A DNA stretch of 64,000 nucleotides from an uncultured Fibrobacteraceae bacterium. Lineage in GTDB: Bacteria; Krumholzibacteriota; Krumholzibacteriia; LZORAL124-64-63. The stretch is from NCBI GenBank assembly GCA_964637835.1, contig CAZWYF010000005.1:37426-101425 (forward strand), read 5' to 3'. Of the stretch, positions 25,212-35,211 are shown piece by piece. Position numbers and translations under genes: made by a program. Within the stretch, counting starts at the first letter, position 1. Every line of letters begins with the position of its first letter. The notes beneath the pieces are model-generated. The model was not told where the DNA came from. It did no database searches and saw nothing but the letters and a program-made list of their open reading frames with translations.

Positions 25212-28200
25212 TCAGCGCTGATCCACCCCCGCCGTCACCGCCGCCCCCGCCGAGGTCCCCTCCGGCCTGGGCGGCGGCTCCTGCGCCACGCGCAGGTCCT
25301 CCTCGATCTCCGCCTCCCGCCGCGCGGCGGTGAAGCGGGCCAGGGTCCGGTAGACCACCGGCACCAGGATCAGGGTCAGGAAGGTGGAGAAGAGCACGCC
25401 GCCCACCACGGCGATGCCCAGCGGTCGCCGCGATTCGGCGCCGGCGCCGAAGCCGATGGCGATGGGCAGGATGCCGAACACCGTGGACAGGCTGGTCATC
25501 AGGATGGGCCGCAGGCGGATCACCGCGGCCTCGATCACGGCCTCGCCCACCTCCTTGCCCCGGGCGCGGAGCTGGTTGGCGAACTCCACGATCAGGATGG
25601 CGTTCTTGGCCACCAGGCCCACCAGCATCACCAGGCCGATCTGCGAGAAGATGTTCAGGCTCTGGCCCAGGAAGAAGAGCGAGACGATGGCGCCCACCAC
25701 CGCCAGCGGCACCGACAGCAGGATGGTCAACGGGTGGACGAAGCTCTCGAACTGCGCGGCGAGCACCAGGAAGATGAACACCACCGCCAGGCCGAACATG
25801 AAGGTGAGGCTGCCGCTGCTCTGGCGGAATTCCAGGGACTGGCCGGCCACCTCGGTGCGCACGCCCTCGGGCAGGGCGCGGGCGGCGATGGCGTCGAGGT
25901 CGTCCAGGGCCTGGCCCAGGTCGGCGCCCGGGGTCAGGTTGGCGGTGATGGTGGCCGACCGCACGCGATTGAAGTGGTTCAGCTCCTTGGGGGCCACGGT
26001 CTCGGTCACCGAGACCACGTTGGCCAGCTGCACCAGGCCGGCGGTGCCCCGCAGGTAGAGATTGCGGACCACGTCGGGCCGGGCGCGGTCGGCGGGGCGC
26101 ACCTGGGTGATGACGTCGTACTTCTTGTTGCCGCGGGTGAACTGGCTGGCGACGCGGCCGCCCAGGAAGGTCTCCAGCGTGGTGCCGATGTCGGTGACCG
26201 AGACGCCCAGCTGGGCCGCCCGCTCGCGGTCGATGCGGATCTCCAGCTGGGGCTTGTTCAGGCGCAGGTCCGAGTCCAGGTTCACCAGGTAGCCCAGCTC
26301 GCTGGCCTCGGCCATGAAGGCCTGCACGGCCTGGCCCAGGGTCTGGTAGTCGTCGCCCTGCAGGACGTACTCCACCGGCGAGGTGCTGCCGCGTCCGCCC
26401 AGGCTGGGCGGGTTGATCACGAAGGCCAGCACGCCGGGGATGCCCATCAGCTGCGGGAAGACCGCCTGGACGATCTCCTGCTGGCTGCGGTCGCGCTCGT
26501 CGCGCGGGGCCAGGCGCAGGAAGAGGAAGCCGTTGGTCACGCGGCCGGGGCCGCCGAAGCCCAGGCCGGTGGCCGTGAAGAGCGACCGGCGCTCGGGCAG
26601 CGGCAGCAGCACGTCCTCCACCTGGCGCATGTAGCGGTCGGTGTACTCCAGCGTGGCGCCCTCCGGCGCGACCACGATGCCGAAGGCGGCGCCGCGGTCC
26701 TCCACCGGCACCAGCTCGCGGGGCATCTGCTGGTAGAACCAGCCGGTCACCGCCACCACCGCCACCACCACCACCGCGACGATCAGCGGCCGGGCCATGG
26801 CCCAGCGCAGGGTGGCGGCGTAGGCGCGGTTGAGGCCGTCGAAGAAGGCCTCGAAGGAGCGCTCGCGCCAGTTGCTCGCGGTGCGCTTGCGCACCTCGCC
26901 CAGCAGCAGCGAGCAGAGCACGGGCGTCAGCGTGAGGGCCACGAAGCTGGAGATCAGCACCGCGAGGGCCAGCGAGATGCCGAACTCGCGGAACAGCCGG
27001 CCCACGGTGCCGGTGAGGAAGGCCACCGGCAGGAACACGGAGATCAGGGCGATGGTGGTGGCGATCACCGCGAAGCCGATCTCGCGCATGCCCGCGAACG
27101 CGGCCTGCCGGCGCGTGCGGCCCATCTCGCGGTGCCGGAAGATGTTCTCCAGGACCACGATGGCGTCGTCCACCACCAGGCCGATGGCCAGCACCAGGGC
27201 CAGCAGGGTGATGATGTTGATGGAGAAGTCCAGGGCGTAGACCGCCGTGAACGTGCCCACGACGGCCACCGGGATGGCCACGATGGGGATCAGCGTGGCG
27301 CGGAAGCTCTTGAGGAACAGCAGCACCGTGAGGATCACCAGGCTCAGGGCGATGAGGAAGGTGTTGCGCACCTCGGTGATGGATTCCTCGATGAAGACCG
27401 CCGAGTCGAAGGCGATCTCAAGGCGCATGCCGGGATCCAGCGCCTCCTGGATGCGGGGCACCGCCGCCCGCACCTCCTGGGCCACGGCCACCGTGCTGGC
27501 GTTCTTCTGCTTGACCACGCCCATGCCCACCGTGGGACGACCATTGTAGCGGGTCGCGGTGCGCTCGTCCTCGGCGCCCACCTCCACCGTCGCCACCTCG
27601 CCCAGACGCACCACGCTGTCCTCGTCCCGGCGGACGATGATCCGGGCGAACTCCTCCGGCGTCGCCAGCTCGCCCATGGTGCGCACGGAGAATTCGCGCT
27701 GCTCACCCTCCACGCGGCCGCCGGGGATCTCGGCGTTGGCCACGGCGATGGCCCGCTCCACGTCGCCCGCGGTCAGCTCGCGCGCGGCCATGCGCTGGGG
27801 GTCGAGCCAGACGCGCATGGCGTATCGACGCTCGCCGCCGATGAAGATGTTGCCCACGCCGGGCAGCCGCTGCAGGCGGTCCTTGACCACGCGCTCGGCC
27901 ACGTCGCTCAGCTCGAGGGTGGAGTGGGTCTCGCTGTTCAGGGCGATCCACATGATGGGCTGCGCGTCCACGTCCACCTTGGCGATCACCGGATCCTCGG
28001 CCTCGCGGGGCAGGCTGCCCCGGACGCGCGAGACCCGGTCGCGGACGTCGTTGGCCGCCTGGTCCACGTCGCGGCCCAGCTCGAACTCGATGGTGATGTT
28101 CGAACCCTGCTCGCGGCTGCTGCTGGTCATGGTCTTGACGTCCTCGAGGGTGGCGAACTGCTCCTCCAGGACGTCGGTGATCTCGGTCTCGACCACGCTC

Positions 28201-28367
28201 GGGCTGGCGCCGCGATAGAAGGTGGTGACCGACACCACCGGCGGGTCCACGTCGGGATACTCGCGCACGCCGATGCGGCCGAAAGAGATCACGCCCAGCA
28301 GCACGATGGCCAGGCTCATCACCGCCGCCAGGACGGGGCGCTTGATGGAGGTCTCGCTCAGCTTCAC
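25212..28367 (-). CDS. RND efflux transporter permease (HAE1 / AcrB-MdtC family)
   Basis: 1051 aa. The N-terminus MKLSETSIKRPVLAAVMSLAIVLLGVISF and 12-TM RND architecture are typical. GTG start. Confidence 0.9.
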   Translation of the reverse strand: MKLSETSIKRPVLAAVMSLAIVLLGVISFGRIGVREYPDVDPPVVSVTTFYRGASPSVVETEITDVLEEQFATLEDVKTMTSSSREQGSNITIEFELGRDVDQAANDVRDRVSRVRGSLPREAEDPVIAKVDVDAQPIMWIALNSETHSTLELSDVAERVVKDRLQRLPGVGNIFIGGERRYAMRVWLDPQRMAARELTAGDVERAIAVANAEIPGGRVEGEQREFSVRTMGELATPEEFARIIVRRDEDSVVRLGEVATVEVGAEDERTATRYNGRPTVGMGVVKQKNASTVAVAQEVRAAVPRIQEALDPGMRLEIAFDSAVFIEESITEVRNTFLIALSLVILTVLLFLKSFRATLIPIVAIPVAVVGTFTAVYALDFSINIITLLALVLAIGLVVDDAIVVLENIFRHREMGRTRRQAAFAGMREIGFAVIATTIALISVFLPVAFLTGTVGRLFREFGISLALAVLISSFVALTLTPVLCSLLLGEVRKRTASNWRERSFEAFFDGLNRAYAATLRWAMARPLIVAVVVVAVVAVTGWFYQQMPRELVPVEDRGAAFGIVVAPEGATLEYTDRYMRQVEDVLLPLPERRSLFTATGLGFGGPGRVTNGFLFLRLAPRDERDRSQQEIVQAVFPQLMGIPGVLAFVINPPSLGGRGSTSPVEYVLQGDDYQTLGQAVQAFMAEASELGYLVNLDSDLRLNKPQLEIRIDRERAAQLGVSVTDIGTTLETFLGGRVASQFTRGNKKYDVITQVRPADRARPDVVRNLYLRGTAGLVQLANVVSVTETVAPKELNHFNRVRSATITANLTPGADLGQALDDLDAIAARALPEGVRTEVAGQSLEFRQSSGSLTFMFGLAVVFIFLVLAAQFESFVHPLTILLSVPLAVVGAIVSLFFLGQSLNIFSQIGLVMLVGLVAKNAILIVEFANQLRARGKEVGEAVIEAAVIRLRPILMTSLSTVFGILPIAIGFGAGAESRRPLGIAVVGGVLFSTFLTLILVPVVYRTLARFTAARREAEIEEDLRVAQEPPPRPEGTSAGAAVTAGVDQR

Positions 28368-29581
28368 GAGGACGCCTCCTCATCGCCGCCCGCCGCCGGG
28401 GCCTCGCCGCCACCCTCGCCGCCACCTTCGCCGCCACCGGGGCCACCCGGGCCACCGGGACCGCCTGGCCCACCCGGTCCTCCCGGCGCACCCGGCACGC
28501 CGTCGCCGATGGGCATCACCTTCGCGCCGGGGAAGAGCTTCTGATGCCCCGCCCGCACCACCTGCTGGCCGGCCTCGAGCCCCTCGGTCACCTCGACCAT
28601 GCGCGCGCCACGGCTGCCCAGGCTCACCGGGGCCATCTCCACGGTCTGCTCCTCCCCGATCCGGTAGACGAACGCCTGCTGGCCCTGGAAGAACACGGCC
28701 TCCGCCGGCACCGTGAGCGCGCCGGGCCGCTGCGCGAGCACCACCGTGACCTCCGCCGACATGCCCGGCCGTAGCTGGCGGCCGGGATTGTCCACGCGGG
28801 CCACGATGCTGGCGGTACGCGAGGCGCGATCCAGGACGGGGGAGACCACGTCCACCGTGCCGGTGACCACCAGGCCGGGGAAGGCGCTGGTGCGCACGGC
28901 CACCTCCGAGCCGCGCGTGATCCGGCCGAGATAGATCTCCGGCACGGAGAACATCACGCGCAGCCGGTCGATCTGCGCCAGCTCGGTGATGGCGTCGCCA
29001 GGGCGCAGGTAGGCGCCCGCGCTCACCAGGCGCGCGCCGACGATGCCGTCGAACGGCGCGGTGATGTGCGCCTTCGCCAGCCGGGCGCGAGCCACGGCGA
29101 GGTCGGCCTCGGCCACCGCGAGGTCGGCGGCGGCGTCGTCCAGGTCCTGGGGTGCACCGGCCTGCTGGCCGACCACCGTGCGCACGCGCTCGTAGCTGGC
29201 GCGGCGCTGCTGGACCAGGGCCTCGGCCCGCTGGGCCTCCGCCGCGAGCTGGGAGTCGTCCAGGCGGGCGATGGGGTCGCCGGCGGCCAGCTCGGCGCCC
29301 TCGGTGAACGGCAACGCCTCCACCCGGGCGGCGATCTCCGTCACCACGGCGATCTCCTGCTCGGCGTCGAGGCTGCCCACCACGGTGAACTCGTCCCCCA
29401 TGCCGGCGGCGTCGACGGTGGCCGCCTCCACCGGCATGGGGGGGCGGCCTCCCCCGCCGCCGCCGCCGCCGCCGCCGCCACGCCCGCCGGCCGCCGGCTC
29501 GTCGCCGCCACAACCGGCCGCCAGGGCCAGGGCGAAGACCAGGGCCAGGATGCTCGTCAGGATGAGGGTCGGTCGCTTCAC
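28364..29581 (-). CDS. RND efflux periplasmic adaptor (membrane fusion protein, HlyD/AcrA family) lipoprotein with C-terminal Gly-Pro repeat tail
   Basis: Lipobox LALAAGCGG. Coiled-coil and beta-barrel MFP blocks are present. The stop overlaps the RND start as ATGA. Confidence 0.8.
   Translation of the reverse strand: MKRPTLILTSILALVFALALAAGCGGDEPAAGGRGGGGGGGGGGGRPPMPVEAATVDAAGMGDEFTVVGSLDAEQEIAVVTEIAARVEALPFTEGAELAAGDPIARLDDSQLAAEAQRAEALVQQRRASYERVRTVVGQQAGAPQDLDDAAADLAVAEADLAVARARLAKAHITAPFDGIVGARLVSAGAYLRPGDAITELAQIDRLRVMFSVPEIYLGRITRGSEVAVRTSAFPGLVVTGTVDVVSPVLDRASRTASIVARVDNPGRQLRPGMSAEVTVVLAQRPGALTVPAEAVFFQGQQAFVYRIGEEQTVEMAPVSLGSRGARMVEVTEGLEAGQQVVRAGHQKLFPGAKVMPIGDGVPGAPGGPGGPGGPGGPGGPGGGEGGGEGGGEAPAAGGDEEASS
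29455..29480 (-). repeat. trinucleotide SSR (CCG/GGC)x8 inside the MFP gene, encoding poly-Gly
   Basis: ccgccgccgccgccgccgccgcc was seen on the + strand. It corresponds to GGGGGGGG after the lipobox of the adaptor protein. Confidence 0.6.
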
Positions 29582-31242
29582 GGGCTGGTCTCCTCGTCGG
29601 GGTAGGCGCCGCCGGTGAGCTGGCGCAGGACCGCCGCGGCCCGGGCCGTACGCACCAGGGCGCGGGAGTAGCGTTGCTGGGAGGCGGCCAGGTCGCCCGA
29701 CAGCCGCACCAGCTCGAAGGCCGAGGTTCGGCCGTTCTCGTAGTCGAGGATGCCGATGCGCACCTGCTCGGTGGCGGCCTCCACGCCGCTGCGGGCGGCC
29801 GCCAGGCGCTCGCGGCCGTTGGCCAGGGCGCGCCGGGCGCCGCGCACCTCGGCCTCGAGATCCCGGCGGGCGGCCTCGAGCTGCTGCTCGGCGCGCACGG
29901 TCTCGGCGGCCAGACGATCGACCTCGCCGCCGTCGGCGCGGCCGCCCAGGGGCACGGCGAAGCTCAGGCCCAGCTGCCAGGTCGGGTAGTCGTACTGGAC
30001 CACCTGGGAGATGGCCTCGCCCACGTCGCCGCTCACCGAGGTGGTGAAGGTCTCGCCGCCGAACTCGATCTCCTGGGGCGTGCCCGACAGGCCGGTGCCG
30101 CCGAGGGCGCCGAAGACGTCCAGGCTGGGCAGGGTGTTGCGCCGGGCCTGCGCGTGCTGGGCCACGACGGCGTCCACCTCGCGGGCCAGGGCGTGCAGCT
30201 GCTGGTTGTGCGCGTTGGCCGCCTCGACCAGCGTGTCGGCCGGCGGGACGGGAAAGTCGGATGGGGGCTCGCTGGCCGCCCGATAGAGCTGGTCGGGATC
30301 CGCGGGACGGGTGCCGAGCAGGGCGGCGAGCTGGTCGCTGGCCGCCCCCAGGGCCTCGCGCGCATCCAGCAGGGCCTGGCGTTGCTCGGCCAGGAAGACC
30401 CGGGCGCTGGCCACGTCGGCCGGTCCCACCAGGCCCGCGCGGCGCCGTGTCTGCGCCTGATCGAGCAGGGCCTCGGCGCGCTCGGCGATCAGGCGCTGGA
30501 CGGCGAAGTCGCGGCCGGCGGCGTGCAGCGTCCAGTAGCTCACCTCCACCGCCGCGTCGGTGGCCAGGCGCGCATCGGCCAGCCGGGCCTCGGCGGCCTC
30601 CAGCCGGCGCGCCGCGGCGGTCAGGTCGCCCCGTTCGCCGGCGCCGAAACCATCGAGCAGGGGCTGGGTCACCCGCAGCTCGCCGAAGGCGTCGTACTGG
30701 GGCTGCAGCAGGGTGAAGCCGCTGTTGGTCTCCAGGCGGATGGCGTTCAGCGACGCCGAGAGCCTGGTGCCCAGCGGCGCGCGCCAGCGGATGCCGGCCT
30801 CGCCGCGGGTCTCGGTGGTCTCCAGCACGTCCGCGCCGGAGAAGAAGGACGCGGTGGGTGCGTCGGCGCGGCGGTGGGAGCCCTCGCCGAAGATCTCGGG
30901 GTCGTAGGTGCCCTGCTCACGGCGCACGGCGCCCCGGGCGGCATCGGCCGCGGCGCGGGCGATGCGCAAGGCGGTGGCCCCCTGGCGCGCGAGCGCGCGG
31001 GCCTCGTCCAGGCCGAGCGGCGCGCCGGGCAACTCGTCGAGGGTGATCGCCACGGCGGAGTCGAGCACGGCGCGCGCCAGGGGTGGCAGGTCCTCCCGGT
31101 CGGCGGCCTCCCGGGCGCCCAGCGCCCCGGGCATGATCAGGCCCAGCGCCACGGTCATCGCCAGGGCGGCTCCGGTCGGCCACCCCGGCCCACTGGACGG
31201 AGCCGGACCCACGCAAGGGATCTGCTGCACGATCGAACGCAT
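29578..31242 (-). CDS. outer membrane efflux protein (TolC/OprM family)
   Basis: Two OEP repeats with coiled coils. The stop overlaps the MFP start. The start is either M1 or M29 (31158). Confidence 0.75.
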   Translation of the reverse strand: MRSIVQQIPCVGPAPSSGPGWPTGAALAMTVALGLIMPGALGAREAADREDLPPLARAVLDSAVAITLDELPGAPLGLDEARALARQGATALRIARAAADAARGAVRREQGTYDPEIFGEGSHRRADAPTASFFSGADVLETTETRGEAGIRWRAPLGTRLSASLNAIRLETNSGFTLLQPQYDAFGELRVTQPLLDGFGAGERGDLTAAARRLEAAEARLADARLATDAAVEVSYWTLHAAGRDFAVQRLIAERAEALLDQAQTRRRAGLVGPADVASARVFLAEQRQALLDAREALGAASDQLAALLGTRPADPDQLYRAASEPPSDFPVPPADTLVEAANAHNQQLHALAREVDAVVAQHAQARRNTLPSLDVFGALGGTGLSGTPQEIEFGGETFTTSVSGDVGEAISQVVQYDYPTWQLGLSFAVPLGGRADGGEVDRLAAETVRAEQQLEAARRDLEAEVRGARRALANGRERLAAARSGVEAATEQVRIGILDYENGRTSAFELVRLSGDLAASQQRYSRALVRTARAAAVLRQLTGGAYPDEETSP

Positions 31243-31441
31243 GGCTTCTCGCAGGGTTGGGTGTCATGGGGCATGAATCGTCCCTCACGATACAGCGGTC
31301 CGGCGTGATACGCATGCGGTGGTGTGGGGGTTGCCCGCGGTGGATGGCGCGTGCGAGCGTGCGTACCGTGTCCGGGATCATCGTCCCGCAGAAGATCCGC
31401 GCCTGCCGCGGCCTGACCGCCCCGCCCGGAGGAGGCCGACC

Positions 31442-32446
31442 GTGTTCCCCGAGACCTACCGCGCCCTGCTGGTGGAGGAGACCGCCCCGGATGTCTTCTC
31501 GCGCCGCGTGACCGACCGCCCCCTGGCCGACCTGCCGGACCACCCGGTGCTCATCCGCGTGGCCTTCTCCTCGCTCAACTACAAGGACGCCCTCTCCGCC
31601 ACCGGCCACCGCGGCGTCACCCGCCGCTTCCCCCATACCCCGGGCATCGACGCCGCCGGCACCGTGGTCGCCAGCGACGACCCCCGCTGGCAGCCCGGCC
31701 AGGAGGTGATCGTCACCGGCTTCGACCTGGGCATGAACACGCCCGGCGGGTTCGGCCAGTTCATCCGCGTGCCGGGCGACTGGGTCCTGCCCCGGCCCGA
31801 GCACCTCGGCCTGCGCGAGGCCATGCAGCTGGGCACCGCCGGCCTGACCGCCGGCCTGGCGGTCCTGCGGCTCACCGAGCAGATCGCCCCGGACCGCGGG
31901 CCGGTGCTGGTCACCGGCGCCACCGGTGGCGTGGGCAGCGTGGCGGTGGGGCTGTTGAGCAAGCTCGGCTACGAGGTGGTCGCCGTGTCGGGCAAGCCGG
32001 AGGCGTCGGCGCACCTGGCGCCGCTCGGCGCGCCCGAGCTGTTGACCCGCGAGGAGGCGCTGGCCGGCCAGGAACGACCCCTGCTGCGGCCGCGCTGGGC
32101 GGCGGTGGTCGACACGGTGGGCGGCGACATGCTCGCGGTGGCCATCAAGGCCACCCGGCCGGCCGGCCTGGTGATCGCCTGCGGGAATGCGGCCTCCAGC
32201 GAGCTGCCGCTCAACGTCTACCCGTTCATCCTGCGCGGGGTGACCCTGGCGGGCATCGACTCGGCCACCGGGCCGCTGGACCGCCGGGCAGAGGTCTGGC
32301 GGCGGCTCGGTCAGGAGTGGCGCCTCGATGCCATGGAGGCCATCACCCGGACCGTGGGCCTGGAAGAGGAGGCGCTCGAGGCCGCCATCGCCGCCATCCT
32401 GGCAGGGGGTGTGGTCGGGCGGACGCTGGTCGACCTCGAGCGTTGA
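31442..32446 (+). CDS. YhdH/AcuI-type NADPH-dependent quinone oxidoreductase / acrylyl-CoA reductase (MDR superfamily)
   Basis: GTG at 31442 has a GGAGGAGG SD. The N-terminal block VAFSSLNYKDALSATGHRGVTRRFPHTPGIDAAGTV matches E. coli YhdH. Confidence 0.75.
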   Translation: MFPETYRALLVEETAPDVFSRRVTDRPLADLPDHPVLIRVAFSSLNYKDALSATGHRGVTRRFPHTPGIDAAGTVVASDDPRWQPGQEVIVTGFDLGMNTPGGFGQFIRVPGDWVLPRPEHLGLREAMQLGTAGLTAGLAVLRLTEQIAPDRGPVLVTGATGGVGSVAVGLLSKLGYEVVAVSGKPEASAHLAPLGAPELLTREEALAGQERPLLRPRWAAVVDTVGGDMLAVAIKATRPAGLVIACGNAASSELPLNVYPFILRGVTLAGIDSATGPLDRRAEVWRRLGQEWRLDAMEAITRTVGLEEEALEAAIAAILAGGVVGRTLVDLER

Positions 32447-32465
32447 GATGCCGGCTCGTCTCCGC

Positions 32466-32918
32466 TCACGCTCCCGCCGGGCCCGACGCCTGGTCGGTGG
32501 GCTCGGAGACGCGCTCCAAGGTGCGGGCGGTCCCGCGGTCGGGCCGCGTCCGGGCCAGGTCGCCGAGGGAGAGGATGCCGGCGAGGTCGTCGTTCTCGTC
32601 CACCACCAGCAGGCGGCGGATCTGGTGCTCGGCCATCAGCTCGGCGGCGCGGTCGACGTCCTCGTCGCGGCGGATGGTCACCGGGTCGGGGGTCATGGCG
32701 TCGCTGGCGTGCAGGCGGCGCGGGTCCTCGCCGCGGGCCACGCTGCGGGCGACGATATCGCGATCGGTCACCAGGCCCAGGGGGCGCGACTTGGCGCCCT
32801 CGCCCACCACGGGGATGGCGCCGCAGTCGTGCTTGACCATCATGGCCGCGACCGTCTGCAGGTTGGCCTCCGGGGCGCAGACCTCGGGGTGTCCGGTGAT
32901 GAGGTCCTTGATCTGCAT
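32466..32918 (-). CDS. CBS domain pair protein
   Basis: ATG at 32916-32918 has an AAGGAGG SD. MQIKDLITGHPEVCAPEANLQTVAAMMVKHDCGAIPVV... gives two CBS motifs. Confidence 0.75.
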   Translation of the reverse strand: MQIKDLITGHPEVCAPEANLQTVAAMMVKHDCGAIPVVGEGAKSRPLGLVTDRDIVARSVARGEDPRRLHASDAMTPDPVTIRRDEDVDRAAELMAEHQIRRLLVVDENDDLAGILSLGDLARTRPDRGTARTLERVSEPTDQASGPAGA

Positions 32919-33055
32919 GGCGGCCTCCTTTCTCCTTGCGCGACGGCGAGCACGGGGACGCGGCCGCTCGCCGGCCCCGGTCTCGCCGCTCCATTCACTG
33001 CCAGGGTAGGCGGCCGGCGCGGGAGAGCGCCCTGGGACGCCCCCCCAAAGGGTGC

Positions 33056-33295
33056 TCAGGCCCGGTCCTGCAGCTCCTCGACGCCCTGCTGGGAGGCGCA
33101 GTGGGCGCCGCAGAACATGGTGCCGCGGGCCTCGACGCCATGGCCGACGATGCGCACGCCGCAATTGTCGCAGGTGGGGGCGAGGTCGTGCATGGCGCAC
33201 TCGAAGCAGTCGTAGACGCCGGTCTGGCCGCCGGCGGTGATCTCCAGGGTCTTGTCGTACTGGTTGCCGCAGACCTTGCACTGGTTGGTGGCCAT
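33056..33295 (-). CDS. small cysteine-rich (8 Cys, four CxxC-like pairs) putative metal-binding protein
   Basis: 79 aa. An AAAGGAG SD lies 8 nt upstream. The sequence is [15 protein letters not shown]...[24 protein letters not shown]...[12 protein letters not shown]. Confidence 0.6.
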   Translation of the reverse strand: MATNQCKVCGNQYDKTLEITAGGQTGVYDCFECAMHDLAPTCDNCGVRIVGHGVEARGTMFCGAHCASQQGVEELQDRA

Positions 33296-33500
33296 GATGG
33301 GCTCCTTTCGCTGGGGGCTCGCGCTGGCCGCCGCGCGGGTCGCGGGGCGGGCGTCCCTTCACGCACACCTAACGGCGGCGCGCCGGACCGACCACCCGGG
33401 CACCGCTCCCCTCGCTTTGCGCCGCGCCCCGATCCGGCCGAACTTGCCTGCGAGTCCGAGAATCTCCTTCGAGCCGGCCTTGCGGCCGCGAGGTGTCGTC

Positions 33501-35078
33501 ATGCAGCAGATCCCCGCCGAGGCCGCCACCGGCTTCCTGATGACCGACCAGTACCAGCTGACCATGGCGCAGCTCTACTTCCGGGAGGGCCTGCACCGCA
33601 CGCCGGCGCAGTTCGAGTACTTCTTCCGCAGCAACCCGGATTACGATTCCCACCAGGCCGGCTACGCCGTGTTCGCCGGCCTGGGGCCCCTGCTCGACTG
33701 GCTGGAGGGGACGCGCTGCCAGGAGCGCGACCTGGCCTGCCTGCGGTCGCAGGCCGGTCCGGCGGAGGAACGGGTATTCGGGGACGACTTCCTCGACTGG
33801 CTCGCCGCCGAGGGCCACTTCGGCGCCGTGAGCGTCCGCGGCCTGCAGGAGGGGCGCGTGATGCATCCCGGGGAGCCGGTGCTGGTGGTGCGCGGGCCGC
33901 TGGCCATGTGCCAGATCCTGGAGACACCGCTGCTCAACCACCTGAACTACCCGTCGCTCATCGCCACCAAGGCTGCGCGCGTGCATGCGAGCGCCCGCGG
34001 CGGTTCGGTGCTGGAGTTCGGCATGCGACGCGGGCCCGGCGAGGCGGTGAACGCCGGGGCGCGGGCGGCGCTCATCGGCGGGGCGGACTTCACCTCCAAC
34101 GTGGGCGCGTCGCACGTGGTGGGGCTGCCGCCCAGGGGGACCCACGCCCACAGCATGGTGCAGGCGTTCATGGGCCTGGGTGCCGATGAACTCGCCGCCT
34201 TCCGCGCCTTCGCCGCGGCCTATCCGGACAACTGCCTGCTGCTGGTGGACACCATCGATACCCTCGCCAGCGGCCTGCCCAACGCCATCCGGGTGTTCGA
34301 GGAGCTGCGGGCGCAGGGGCACCGGCCGGCGGGCATCCGCCTCGATTCGGGCGACCTCGCCTACCTGGCCATCCAGGCGGCCAGGGAACTGGACGCCGCC
34401 GGCTTCACCGATTGCCGGATCGTGCTGTCGAACCAGCTCGACGAGCTGGTGATCACCCAGATCCTCGCCCAGATCGAGGAGGAGGCGGCCGACCACGGGG
34501 TGGACCCCGGCGCGCTCATGGACCGGCTGGTCTACGGCGTGGGCACCAGCCTGATCACCTCGAAGGGGCACGCGGCGCTGGACGGCGTCTACAAGCTCAC
34601 CGCCATCGCGCGCGACGGGGACTGGCAGCCGGCCATCAAGATCTCCGAGACCGCCGCCAAGACCCTCAACCCCGGCGACAAGGGGCTGTGGCGACTCCAC
34701 GACCGCCGCGGCAAGGCCAATGCCGACCTGGTCGGCCTCGCCCACGAGGATCCCGCCCATTGCGAGGCGCTGGTCCTGCACCATCCTGCCGATCCTCAGG
34801 TGCAGCGCCGCCTGGGCTGCGAGGAGATCGGCGAGGTGGAGGATCTGCACGTCGAGCACGTCCGCGAGGGTGACCGCCGCACCGCCGACGAGGCCATCGA
34901 GACCCTGCGCGAACGCCGCCGGGCCGACCTGGAGCGCCTCGACCCCGGCGTCCGGCGCCTGGTCAATCCGCATGTCTACCATGTCTCCCTCACGGACGCG
35001 CTCTGGCGCCAGAAGCAGGACCTGGTGCGGCGGATGCGGGCCGGGCACGGCCTCGCCGCCGGCGACGGCGAGGCCTGA
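33501..35078 (+). CDS. pncB: nicotinate phosphoribosyltransferase
   Basis: ATG at 33501 has a [35 protein letters not shown] and the remaining NAPRTase blocks are present. Confidence 0.85.
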   Translation: MQQIPAEAATGFLMTDQYQLTMAQLYFREGLHRTPAQFEYFFRSNPDYDSHQAGYAVFAGLGPLLDWLEGTRCQERDLACLRSQAGPAEERVFGDDFLDWLAAEGHFGAVSVRGLQEGRVMHPGEPVLVVRGPLAMCQILETPLLNHLNYPSLIATKAARVHASARGGSVLEFGMRRGPGEAVNAGARAALIGGADFTSNVGASHVVGLPPRGTHAHSMVQAFMGLGADELAAFRAFAAAYPDNCLLLVDTIDTLASGLPNAIRVFEELRAQGHRPAGIRLDSGDLAYLAIQAARELDAAGFTDCRIVLSNQLDELVITQILAQIEEEAADHGVDPGALMDRLVYGVGTSLITSKGHAALDGVYKLTAIARDGDWQPAIKISETAAKTLNPGDKGLWRLHDRRGKANADLVGLAHEDPAHCEALVLHHPADPQVQRRLGCEEIGEVEDLHVEHVREGDRRTADEAIETLRERRRADLERLDPGVRRLVNPHVYHVSLTDALWRQKQDLVRRMRAGHGLAAGDGEA

Positions 35079-35211
35079 ATCGTGGCCGCCTCGCGCGCGG
35101 GGGCCCCTGCCAGATCCGCGGTCTCGCCCTAGCGTCGGGATGAGGGCCCGGCCCGGCGCGAGTCGCGCGTCCGGGGCCAGGACGGCCCGCCCCCGAACCC
35201 GGGAGCACCGC

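Noticed and set aside
25734-28544. 936-aa plus-strand ORF and 23586..25163 minus ORF
   Set aside because: Antisense to the RND permease and the aminotransferase respectively, with His/Gly/Arg-rich junk composition.
31257-31511. 84-aa ORF across the efflux-operon / acuI promoter region
   Set aside because: It overlaps the stronger GTG start (GGAGGAGG SD) of the YhdH-like gene in another frame and has no conservation cues.
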